Below the pieces are notes generated by a model, which saw nothing but the letters and a program-made list of their open reading frames with translations, made no database searches and had not been told where the DNA came from. A stretch of 64,000 bases of DNA from an uncultured Mycoplasmatota bacterium (GTDB lineage Bacteria > Bacillota_I > Bacilli_A > RF39 > UBA660). Shown here in pieces: positions 38,573 through 47,074 of the stretch. Within the stretch, counting starts at the first letter, position 1; every line of letters begins with the position of its first letter. The position numbers and the translations under genes are program-made. The stretch lies in contig URPE01000004.1 of the NCBI GenBank assembly GCA_900549625.1, forward strand, positions 10,885 to 74,884, written 5' to 3'.

Positions 38573-40077
38573 TGATGAAAAAAGGGTTTACATTAGTGGA
38601 ATTGCTTGCGGTGGTTGCTTTGATAGCTATTTTATCTTTGGTGGCAACAGTAAGTTTTATGAAAATTAGTAATGATACTAAGAAAAATATGTATTTTGCT
38701 AAAACTGATCAGTTGTTAACTGACGCTAAAAGATATGGTGAAGATAATAAAGCAGCTTTTGAAAGCGAATTTGATTGTTTTATTGAGGTGAGTGTTGCAG
38801 ATTTAATATTTGAAGGATATTCAAAAAAAGAACAAGAAAATACGCCTTTTATAGAAAATCCATATACTAGTGCTAGTATGGATTCTGATATGATAAGACT
38901 ATATCAGAAAAATAATAGAATTTATGCTTATTATGTTCCAGCAAGTGACTCAGAACAAGATATATATAAAGAACATGATATATATAGAGTATGTGATGAT
39001 GGTGAAGATGAAGTTAAAGACGCATGCGTTAAAGAGGGAAGACCTAAATTAAAATGTGGTACTAAGATATATAAAGTTAATACTAATCATATTTATTTTT
39101 ACCATAATAGTGAATGGAAAAGACAAGGGGATACTACAACAAGAAGCGTAATTGAAGGGAACACTTATATTCCGAGTGTTATTGATGCTCCTAGTGGCTA
39201 TCATGCTGCTAATAGGTTTGAATACTTTGATTCTTTAGGTAACAAACTAGGAAGTGGAACTATTGGTGAAGATAGTATTACTGTTAATAGTGATATGACT
39301 GTAAATGTTTTATATTATCCAGATGAATATACCATTACTTACAGCGCTAATGGTGGGTCAGGGGGGCCTACAACCCAAATTAAGTATTATGATACACCAC
39401 TTGCAATAACAGATTTGGAACCTACAAAAACTGGTTATACGTTTGTTGGTTGGGCTAGAACAAATAATGCGCATACAGTTGATTTTAATAAGGGGCAAAA
39501 ATACAATGGTAATAGTGATTTACTTCTTTATGCTATTTTTAAAAAGCCACTTATAGTTACATATTATGATGGACAAGGTACGCAAAGCAATTCCGTTGAT
39601 ATTTACAATGATGAAAATTCTGGGACAATAAGACTTTTAGAAGAACGGCAATATAGTGATAATTGTGGTGGTTCTCCTTGGAACCACATTTATACTAATT
39701 TAGGGTGGAGTAGAAATACTAATCCTGATGGACGAATTGATTATGAAAATGGAAAAGAGATACCTATTTCAAGTGATATTACTTTGTATGGACAATATAG
39801 AAAGGAAGTTAAAGCTGTTTATAATGGTAATGGTGGTACTTGTGATAGAGATTATTCAACTGATGTTAAATATATTTATTATAATGGGGCTGGCAATTCT
39901 AGTCCTGGAGTTCCACTTGATGTTAACCTTGATGTTACTTGTACAAGACCAGGTTATACATTTAATAAAAAAATATATTGTAATGGAGCTCCTGATGGAT
40001 TAAAAATGATCGGTGGTACATGGAATATAGGTGATAATTTTACTTGTGGAGTAATGTGTGAAGCAGGATGGGATTAA
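38572..40077 (+). CDS. type IV pilin-like protein fused to Listeria-Bacteroides repeat domains
   Basis: MMKKGFTLVELLAVVALIA. N-terminal domain is paralogous to 38126. YTITYSANGG..TGYTFVGWA repeats follow. Confidence 0.75.
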   Translation: MMKKGFTLVELLAVVALIAILSLVATVSFMKISNDTKKNMYFAKTDQLLTDAKRYGEDNKAAFESEFDCFIEVSVADLIFEGYSKKEQENTPFIENPYTSASMDSDMIRLYQKNNRIYAYYVPASDSEQDIYKEHDIYRVCDDGEDEVKDACVKEGRPKLKCGTKIYKVNTNHIYFYHNSEWKRQGDTTTRSVIEGNTYIPSVIDAPSGYHAANRFEYFDSLGNKLGSGTIGEDSITVNSDMTVNVLYYPDEYTITYSANGGSGGPTTQIKYYDTPLAITDLEPTKTGYTFVGWARTNNAHTVDFNKGQKYNGNSDLLLYAIFKKPLIVTYYDGQGTQSNSVDIYNDENSGTIRLLEERQYSDNCGGSPWNHIYTNLGWSRNTNPDGRIDYENGKEIPISSDITLYGQYRKEVKAVYNGNGGTCDRDYSTDVKYIYYNGAGNSSPGVPLDVNLDVTCTRPGYTFNKKIYCNGAPDGLKMIGGTWNIGDNFTCGVMCEAGWD

Positions 40078-40144
40078 TATTATAATTGCAATTTTTTTTG
40101 TTTATTGATAAAATATTCATCATTAGAAATGAGGTGCGTTTATT

Positions 40145-41449
40145 ATGAAAACTGTTTGTTTAATAGGTAGACCTAATACGGGTAAGTCATCTTTATTTAA
40201 TAGGTTGATTAGAGAAGAACGTTCTATAATTATGGATGAGCCTGGTATAACTAGAGATAGAATTTATGGTGTAGTTAGACATAATAATAAAGCTTTTGAT
40301 TTAATAGATACAGGTGGATTAGAGTTAGGAACTGATAATTTTAGGCAAGATATTTTAATGCAAGCTACATTTGCTATCGATGAGGCAGATCTTGTTTTAT
40401 TTGTAGTAGATGGTAAAACAGAACTTAATCAAAGTGATTATATGATAAGAGATATGCTTAGAAAAGCCAAAAAAGAAGTTATTGTAGTTGTAAATAAACT
40501 TGATAATGATAAAAGGGCTAATGATGTTTATAATTACTATGAACTTGGGTTTTCACGCGTATTTGGCATTTCAGTAGCTCATAAGATAGGACTTGTACCT
40601 CTTTTAGATGAAATTACTAATGATTTAGGGGATAATTACTTTGAAGAGCATAAGGGGTGCAGATTTTCTGTTATAGGACGACCTAATGTGGGAAAGAGTA
40701 GTTTAGTTAATGCTTTATTAAATGAAGAAAGAGCAATTGTAAGTGAGGTTGCAGGTACTACTCGTGATGCGACTGATACAGTGTTTAAATATCATGGTGA
40801 AGAATATACAATGATTGATACAGCTGGAATTAGAAAACGTGGTAAAATATATGAAAATGTTGAAAAATATAGTTTGTTTCGTAGTTTAAAGGCTATTGAA
40901 AGAAGTGATGTTTGTGTATTAGTTATTGATGCTTCAAAAGGTATTATAGAACATGATAAACATATTGCGGGAATGGCAATAGAAGCTGGGAAAGCACTAG
41001 TTATATGTGTTAATAAATGGGATATGGTAGAAGACGCTAATACAGCACTTAAAAAATGGAAAGAATTAATACATTATGAATTTCAGTTTGCAACTTATGC
41101 TAAAGTAGTATTTTTATCAGCTTTAACTAAAAAAAGAGTGCATATGTTAATGCCTGAAATTATAGAGGCTTATAATAATCATGAAAAAATGATTCCTACT
41201 AGTAAACTTAATGAAGTAATTGAAGAGGCTACACATTTACATGAGGCACCTTCTTATAAAGGAAGAAGATTAAAAATATACTTTGTTAATCAAGAAGAAG
41301 CACATCCACCTAAGTTTACATTTAGGGTAAATGATAAGGGGTTAGTACATTTTAGTTATCAAAGATATTTAGAGAATAAAATAAGAGAGAATTTCGATTT
41401 CTCTGGAACACCTATTATTATAAAGTTTAAAAATAAAGCAGAAGATTAA
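40145..41449 (+). CDS. der: ribosome biogenesis GTPase Der (EngA)
   Basis: Two G domains (GRPNTGKSS, GRPNVGKSS) plus a KH-like C-terminus. Confidence 0.95.
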   Translation: MKTVCLIGRPNTGKSSLFNRLIREERSIIMDEPGITRDRIYGVVRHNNKAFDLIDTGGLELGTDNFRQDILMQATFAIDEADLVLFVVDGKTELNQSDYMIRDMLRKAKKEVIVVVNKLDNDKRANDVYNYYELGFSRVFGISVAHKIGLVPLLDEITNDLGDNYFEEHKGCRFSVIGRPNVGKSSLVNALLNEERAIVSEVAGTTRDATDTVFKYHGEEYTMIDTAGIRKRGKIYENVEKYSLFRSLKAIERSDVCVLVIDASKGIIEHDKHIAGMAIEAGKALVICVNKWDMVEDANTALKKWKELIHYEFQFATYAKVVFLSALTKKRVHMLMPEIIEAYNNHEKMIPTSKLNEVIEEATHLHEAPSYKGRRLKIYFVNQEEAHPPKFTFRVNDKGLVHFSYQRYLENKIRENFDFSGTPIIIKFKNKAED

Positions 41450-41460
41450 AAAAGAAAACC

Positions 41461-41721
41461 TTAGTGGTTTTCTTTTTCGTCTATTCTTTTTTTAGTTATA
41501 ATCTTTTTAGGGTCAAATGTAATTAATTCTTGGGGAGTTGTACCAATTACCCGGGCTAGTTCTTGTAAAAGTTCAACGCCAATATTGATTTCACCACGTT
41601 CAACGCTTGAGAAATATTTAGCACTTAGTTTATATTTTTCGTAAAACTTTTCTTGGCTTAAACCATTTTGATGTCTTATATATTTTAAGTTTATTCCAAT
41701 TATTTTTTTAATGTCTTGCAT
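41461..41721 (-). CDS. XRE-family HTH regulator
   Basis: HTH_3 pattern. SD GAGGTG precedes ATG 41721. C-terminal KRIDEK is shared with 9249-9530. Confidence 0.7.
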   Translation of the reverse strand: MQDIKKIIGINLKYIRHQNGLSQEKFYEKYKLSAKYFSSVERGEINIGVELLQELARVIGTTPQELITFDPKKIITKKRIDEKENH

Positions 41722-41814
41722 ACTACACCTCAACATCTTTCTTAAATTAGTCTATTAATCGTTAGTTAAAAAGTCTACCTAGTGATTAATGGAAGAAAAT
41801 AATTTAAAAAATGC

Positions 41815-41897
41815 TTACACAAAAATTTATTTTGTGCTATACTCATTAAGTCGTGTGGCAAAATAAGCGTAAATCCAGACATTTACGTATTTTTTTT
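41815..41897 (+). promoter_or_regulatory. promoter plus short leader containing an intrinsic terminator (attenuator candidate) upstream of the MATE gene
   Basis: TTACAC-N17-TGCTATACT, then CGTAAAT-CCAGAC-ATTTACG followed by a T-run, ending 20 nt before ATG 41918. Confidence 0.45.
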
Positions 41898-41917
41898 CGC
41901 TTAGAAAGAGGTGGATT

Positions 41918-43858
41918 ATGAAAAAAATTGATTTAGCAAACGATAAGATAAGTAAGCTTTTGGTGGCTTTTTCAGTTCCTTGTATTATAAGTATGCTTGT
42001 TAATGCTTTTTATAATATAATTGATCAAATATTTATTGGTAAGGGTGTAGGAACACTTGGTAATGCTGCTACAAATGTAATATTTCCTCTTATTATGTTT
42101 AGTAGTGCCCTTGCTAGTTTAGTAGGTAATGGGTGTGCTGCTTATCTTAGTTTAAAGATGGGGGAAGGAAAGAAAGATGAGGCTAAAAAAAGCATAGGAT
42201 GTTCTTTTTTATTACTATGTTTAATAGGTATTTTAGTTTTAGCAGTAGGGATGTTTCTATTACCTAAATTAATTTATTTCTTTGGGTGTACAGAAAGTGT
42301 TTATCCGTATGCAATGACATATAGTAAAATAATTTTGTTAGGTATTTTATTTTCAATTGTATATACTGGTATGGCTAGTATTATAAGAGCTTGTGGTGAC
42401 CCAAGATATTCAATGATTTGTTTAGTTAGTGGGGCACTTCTTAACTGCGTATTAGATCCTTTCTTTATATTTGGGTTTAATATGGGAGTTGCGGGTGGAG
42501 CTCTTGCGACAGTTATTGGTCAAGTTGTATCATTTTTATTAAGTGTTTTTTATATACCAAGAATGAAAACTTTTAAACTTAAAAAAGGTGATTTTAAATT
42601 AAATAAATCAGCTTTTAAAATAATAAGTTTAGGTCTATCTAGTTTTATAACTCAAATGACAGTGGTAGCTTTATTTATTGTTATGAATAATTTAATGACT
42701 AAATATGGGGCAAGTAGCATTTATGGAAGTGATATACCACTTTCTGTGTATGGAGTTATGTCTAAACTTAACTCTGTGTATGTTAACTTTATTTTAGGTG
42801 TTTCTTTGGGTGCTCAACCAATAATTGGGTTTAACTATGGGGCTGGTAACTATGAAAGAGTAAAAGAAGTTCTTAGACGTGTTTTAGTTATTGGCTTAAT
42901 TGTTGGTGTGATATTTAATATATTATTTTATTTCTTTCCAAGTGCTTTAGTTTCTATTTTTATTTCTAGTAATGATGGCAATTATGATTTGTTTATGGAA
43001 TTTGCTACTTTATTTTCAAGAACTTTCTATTTAGTATGTGCTTTAAATTTCTTTGAAATGACTACTAGTATAGTTATTCAATCACTTGGTAATGTTAAGA
43101 AAGCAACAGCAGTTTCTTTTGCAAGACAAATTGTTTTATTTATTCCACTTGCTATTATATTAACGCATTTTCTTGGTTTAAAAGGAGCGTTATATGCCGC
43201 GCCAATAGCGGATGCTTTATGTTTTATATTTGCATTATTTGTGTTTTTAAGTGAATATAAAAAATTAGATAAAGTAAATAAAAGTGAAACTTATGAAGAA
43301 GAAGGAAGTATAAGTGAATCTTTGACAAATTATGTAATAGTTATTAGTCGTGAGTATGGTAGTGGTGGACATTATGTTGGTAAGTTACTAGCTGAAAAGT
43401 TATCTGTACCATTTTATGATAAAGAAATAATTAGAATGACTGCCCATATTAGTGGTTTAAATGAAGAATATATTAAAGATAATGAAGAAAGTAATACTTT
43501 ATATTATGAACAAAATAATGAAATCTTTTTAGCAGAAAGTAAAGTAATTAAAAATTTAGCTAAAAAACCATGTGTTATTGTGGGAAGATGTGCAGATTAT
43601 ATATTAGAAAATAATAAAAATGTTTTTAAAGTGTTTTTATATAGTGATGAGGCATCTAAACTTAAAAGAATTAAAAAGTATTATCATGAAGATAAACCAA
43701 TAGTTGTTATGAAAAAGAAAGATAAAGAAAGAAGTAAGCATTATAAGTATTATACAGGACGTGATTGGAAAAACTATGAAAATTATGATATGGCTATTCA
43801 TGTTGATAAATTTGGCGTAGAAAATGTATCACAGATGCTTGCAGATTTATTAAAATAA
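41918..43858 (+). CDS. MATE-family efflux transporter fused to a C-terminal cytidylate-kinase-like domain
   Basis: About 450 aa with 12 TM and a MATE pattern. Then ISREYGSGGHYVGKLLAEKL, typical of the cytidylate kinase-like family. Confidence 0.7.
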   Translation: MKKIDLANDKISKLLVAFSVPCIISMLVNAFYNIIDQIFIGKGVGTLGNAATNVIFPLIMFSSALASLVGNGCAAYLSLKMGEGKKDEAKKSIGCSFLLLCLIGILVLAVGMFLLPKLIYFFGCTESVYPYAMTYSKIILLGILFSIVYTGMASIIRACGDPRYSMICLVSGALLNCVLDPFFIFGFNMGVAGGALATVIGQVVSFLLSVFYIPRMKTFKLKKGDFKLNKSAFKIISLGLSSFITQMTVVALFIVMNNLMTKYGASSIYGSDIPLSVYGVMSKLNSVYVNFILGVSLGAQPIIGFNYGAGNYERVKEVLRRVLVIGLIVGVIFNILFYFFPSALVSIFISSNDGNYDLFMEFATLFSRTFYLVCALNFFEMTTSIVIQSLGNVKKATAVSFARQIVLFIPLAIILTHFLGLKGALYAAPIADALCFIFALFVFLSEYKKLDKVNKSETYEEEGSISESLTNYVIVISREYGSGGHYVGKLLAEKLSVPFYDKEIIRMTAHISGLNEEYIKDNEESNTLYYEQNNEIFLAESKVIKNLAKKPCVIVGRCADYILENNKNVFKVFLYSDEASKLKRIKKYYHEDKPIVVMKKKDKERSKHYKYYTGRDWKNYENYDMAIHVDKFGVENVSQMLADLLK

Positions 43859-43950
43859 CAAAGACTTTCCCTTACAAAAGGGAATTTTTTGTGGTATAAT
43901 TTAGTTACAGAAGTTTTGGGTTAGCTTATTAATCACAAGGGGGGATATAT

Positions 43951-44430
43951 ATGAAAAATGTAGGCGATTATATAGTTTATCAAAAAGATGTTTGTAAGAT
44001 AGTAAAGATTATGGAGAATCCCTTTTCTCATGTTCTTTGTTATTCTTTAGTGCCACTTAGAGATGAAAGTTTAAAACTAAGTGTGCCAGTTACTAATCAA
44101 AGTATTAGAGAACTTATGTCTAAAGAAGATGTAGAAAATCTAATACTTAAAATAAGAGATATTCCTGTTATTACTATTACTGAAGGACAAATTGAAAATG
44201 AATATAAAAGAATTCTTAGTAATGGCACACCAGAAGATTTAGTGGCCATTATTAAAACTACTTATGAACGTAATCAAAGAAGAATTGATCGAAATAAAAA
44301 AACAAGTGATAAAGATAGTAGATATTTAGAACTAGCAGAAAATTATTTATATTATGAGATTGCAACAGTTTTAGAAAAGACATTTGATGAAGCTAAGAAA
44401 TATGTTTTAGAACGTGTTGATTCAATGTAA
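43951..44430 (+). CDS. CarD/CdnL-family transcription factor
   Basis: N-terminal GDYIVY..VCKIV Tudor-like motif, 159 aa. Confidence 0.7.
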   Translation: MKNVGDYIVYQKDVCKIVKIMENPFSHVLCYSLVPLRDESLKLSVPVTNQSIRELMSKEDVENLILKIRDIPVITITEGQIENEYKRILSNGTPEDLVAIIKTTYERNQRRIDRNKKTSDKDSRYLELAENYLYYEIATVLEKTFDEAKKYVLERVDSM

Positions 44431-44488
44431 TTTTGACAAAATAAAACTTTTTATGTATAATAAGCCCTCGTAAATGGGGGTTTTTATT

Positions 44489-45364
44489 ATGGATTTATTA
44501 GAACAACTTAAATTAGAAATAACTAAAAAGGGTATTATGAATGATAAGTTTGCTATTGCAAGATATATTTATATTAGAACTGGTCAGTTATTTGATTATT
44601 ATGCTTTATATACAATTTTTCCTAGTTTTATTAAAGATGATTTTAATAAAGAAGTAAAAGATATTAGATGTATAAGAGACTTTAATATTGTGTGTTTTTC
44701 ATGGGCTAGATTATATATTGATTTATTAGAAGAGTTTGGTATTGAAGCTAGAATTGTTGAAAATAATGAACATGCTAAAGTTAAATTTAGTAGTGGAGAA
44801 TATGAAATTACGGCTGATTTAACTGATGCATTTACTGATCTTTTTAGAGTTAAGTTTGGATTTGATACTTGGAATTATAATGGCTTTAAGAGTGATGGAA
44901 CAAGAATTGGATTTAGTAATAAACTTTTAGAAGTTGATAAAAGGATTAATTATTATCAGGGTATTAGTGGGTTAGAAATTTTAAGTATGTTAGAAAAAGA
45001 TGTAAATGATTGTTCAAAGACTTATGAAGAAAGAATAAGAAATATGTTTGGAATATGTCAAAGTTATTTTAATTTTCACAAGCCTTCTAATGTTGCGGCT
45101 AATGCTTTTATTATATATATGTTAAATAATTTATCAGATTATTTATTTAATGATAAAGGGTTTCATACTTTTTTTTATGATTTATCTAATAATAAAAGAA
45201 TAGATGTTTATGGCTTTGAAGATATTATTTATTTATATAACCCTACTTTAGAAAATCCTTTTTATGAAGCTTCTTTAGATGAAGTATTGTTACTTAAAAA
45301 TGATATGGAGATAATTTCTGAACATAAATTAAATGAATTACAATTAAAAAGAAAAAATAAATAA
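44489..45364 (+). CDS. hypothetical protein, possible transglutaminase-like cysteine protease fold
   Basis: CFSWARLYIDLLEEFGIEARIV..EHAKV..ADLTD fits a Cys-His-Asp arrangement. Weak call. Confidence 0.35.
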   Translation: MDLLEQLKLEITKKGIMNDKFAIARYIYIRTGQLFDYYALYTIFPSFIKDDFNKEVKDIRCIRDFNIVCFSWARLYIDLLEEFGIEARIVENNEHAKVKFSSGEYEITADLTDAFTDLFRVKFGFDTWNYNGFKSDGTRIGFSNKLLEVDKRINYYQGISGLEILSMLEKDVNDCSKTYEERIRNMFGICQSYFNFHKPSNVAANAFIIYMLNNLSDYLFNDKGFHTFFYDLSNNKRIDVYGFEDIIYLYNPTLENPFYEASLDEVLLLKNDMEIISEHKLNELQLKRKNK

Positions 45365-45403
45365 TAATATACTTTTGGATAAGTGAATGGATAGTTTTTT
45401 TGG

Positions 45404-45432
45404 TTGACAAATGGGGTTAATTAATGGATAAT
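45404..45432 (+). promoter_or_regulatory. promoter of paralog 45462, related to the G10 promoter at 4170
   Basis: TTGACAAATGGGGTTAATTAATGGATAAT, i.e. TTGACA-N17-GATAAT. It carries only G4 where 4186-4195 has G10. Confidence 0.5.
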
Positions 45433-45461
45433 TATGGTAGTTAAAGTAAAGAGGGTGTCAT

Positions 45462-46952
45462 ATGAAAAGAAAGTATTTTTATATTGTTTTTTCTTCTACA
45501 TTGTTGATATTATTTACCCTTATGTATGAAGGAAGTTATGCTTATTTTAATGCTGCAATTAGTGGAACTGGCAGTAAAAAAACTATTGTTAAAACAAATG
45601 AGTTTAAAGATATAATAATTTCTAACACTTCTGTTTCATCTAGTAGTACCCTTATGCCGGGTGAGTCTGTTTCGACAACATTTACAATTAATAATCCTAA
45701 TAGTGTCAGTGTTTGTTTTGATTTATTATGGGATACTGTAAAAAATACTTTTACTAATAAGAATGATTTGGTAATTACCCTTGCTAAAAATGATAATGAA
45801 GTAAATACTAGTAGTACTATTTTCCCAAGTAGTAATGGCGAAACTTTAGCTTCACTATCAATAAAGGCTAATACAACTGATACATATAAATTAACTGTTA
45901 CATATAAAGAAACTGATATAGATCAATCTGCTGATATGAAGAAAACTTTTAGTGGTATTATTGTAGGTTCTTTAAAAGAATGTACTTTAGCTGGTTATGT
46001 TTCAGAACTAGCAACAACAGATACAACAAACTTAGCAGTAGATGATTATGGTAATACAAGATATATAGGAAAAGACCCGAATAACTACGTAAGTTTTGAT
46101 GGAGATATATGGCGTATTATTGGTGTCATGAAAGACGTTGATGATGGTAGTGGCAATAAAGAAGATCGTGTAAAAATAATAAGAAGTACATCAATAGGTG
46201 ACTATGCATGGGACACAAGTGAATCAAGTATAAATAAAGGCTATGGCGTTAACGAATGGGGCCAGGCAGACTTAATGAAACTATTAAATCCAGGCTATGA
46301 AAGTGAATCAGTAGGTGGGTCTCTATACTGGAATAATAAATCAGGAACATGTTACTCATCTTATAGCAATGGTACAAAAAGTTGTAATTTCACAAGTACA
46401 GGTATAAAAGACAAATTAAAAAATATGCTAGGTAATGCCGTATGGAATACGGGAGCGAATGATGGTGTTACATATACATATAAAAATATAACAACCTCAA
46501 AATTTTATGAATTAGAAAGAAGTACAAACACAGGTAAAATCTGTACAAGTGGCAGCTGGTGTAATGATACGGTAGCAAGAACAACAACATGGACAGGAAA
46601 GATAGGCTTAATGTATCCATCAGATTATGGATATGCAACAAGTGGCGGAAGTGGGGCAGACCGAGCAACATGTTTAAATAAAGAACTTTATAATTGGTCT
46701 GATAGTAGTGTAAGTGATTGCTATAATAATGATTGGCTATTTAATAGTAGTAGTAAATATCAATGGACATTATCGTCGCATGCTAGCTATTCCAGTGCTT
46801 ACCTTGTGTTCATTGTGGACAGCTCTGGCCGCGTCGACTCCAACATTGCGTACTTCTTCAATGGCGTCCGTCCCGTCGGTTATCTGTTACCCTCTGTAGG
46901 AATAGAAAGTGGAGATGGCAGCTCAGGAAATCCGTTTACGCTTAAATCTTAA
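45462..46952 (+). CDS. secreted/surface paralog family protein (long form) with compositionally aberrant 3' end
   Basis: N-terminal TM ending in GSYAYFNA. TasA-like N-terminal domain. The central region is close to 2467-3877 (ADLMKLLNPGYESE, KFYELERS, GLMYPSDYGYATSGGS). Confidence 0.8.
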   Translation: MKRKYFYIVFSSTLLILFTLMYEGSYAYFNAAISGTGSKKTIVKTNEFKDIIISNTSVSSSSTLMPGESVSTTFTINNPNSVSVCFDLLWDTVKNTFTNKNDLVITLAKNDNEVNTSSTIFPSSNGETLASLSIKANTTDTYKLTVTYKETDIDQSADMKKTFSGIIVGSLKECTLAGYVSELATTDTTNLAVDDYGNTRYIGKDPNNYVSFDGDIWRIIGVMKDVDDGSGNKEDRVKIIRSTSIGDYAWDTSESSINKGYGVNEWGQADLMKLLNPGYESESVGGSLYWNNKSGTCYSSYSNGTKSCNFTSTGIKDKLKNMLGNAVWNTGANDGVTYTYKNITTSKFYELERSTNTGKICTSGSWCNDTVARTTTWTGKIGLMYPSDYGYATSGGSGADRATCLNKELYNWSDSSVSDCYNNDWLFNSSSKYQWTLSSHASYSSAYLVFIVDSSGRVDSNIAYFFNGVRPVGYLLPSVGIESGDGSSGNPFTLKS

Positions 46953-46955
46953 TTA

Positions 46956-46981
46956 GGACCCGTTAAGGGGTTCTTTTTTTT
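46956..46981 (+). terminator. intrinsic terminator
   Basis: GGACCC/GGGGTTC hairpin followed by T8. Confidence 0.6.
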
Positions 46982-47074
46982 GACTTGTAATACGAACAAA
47001 TATATGATATATTATTTTTACAAATATTTTTCTTTATTTGTGGTAGAATAATAAACGTTTGGAGAGTGAATGTA

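Noticed and set aside
46714-46899. 61-aa alternate-frame ORF inside the 3' end of gene 45462.
   Set aside because: It is a by-product of the locally GC-rich, A-poor composition, which yields few stop codons. It has no SD.
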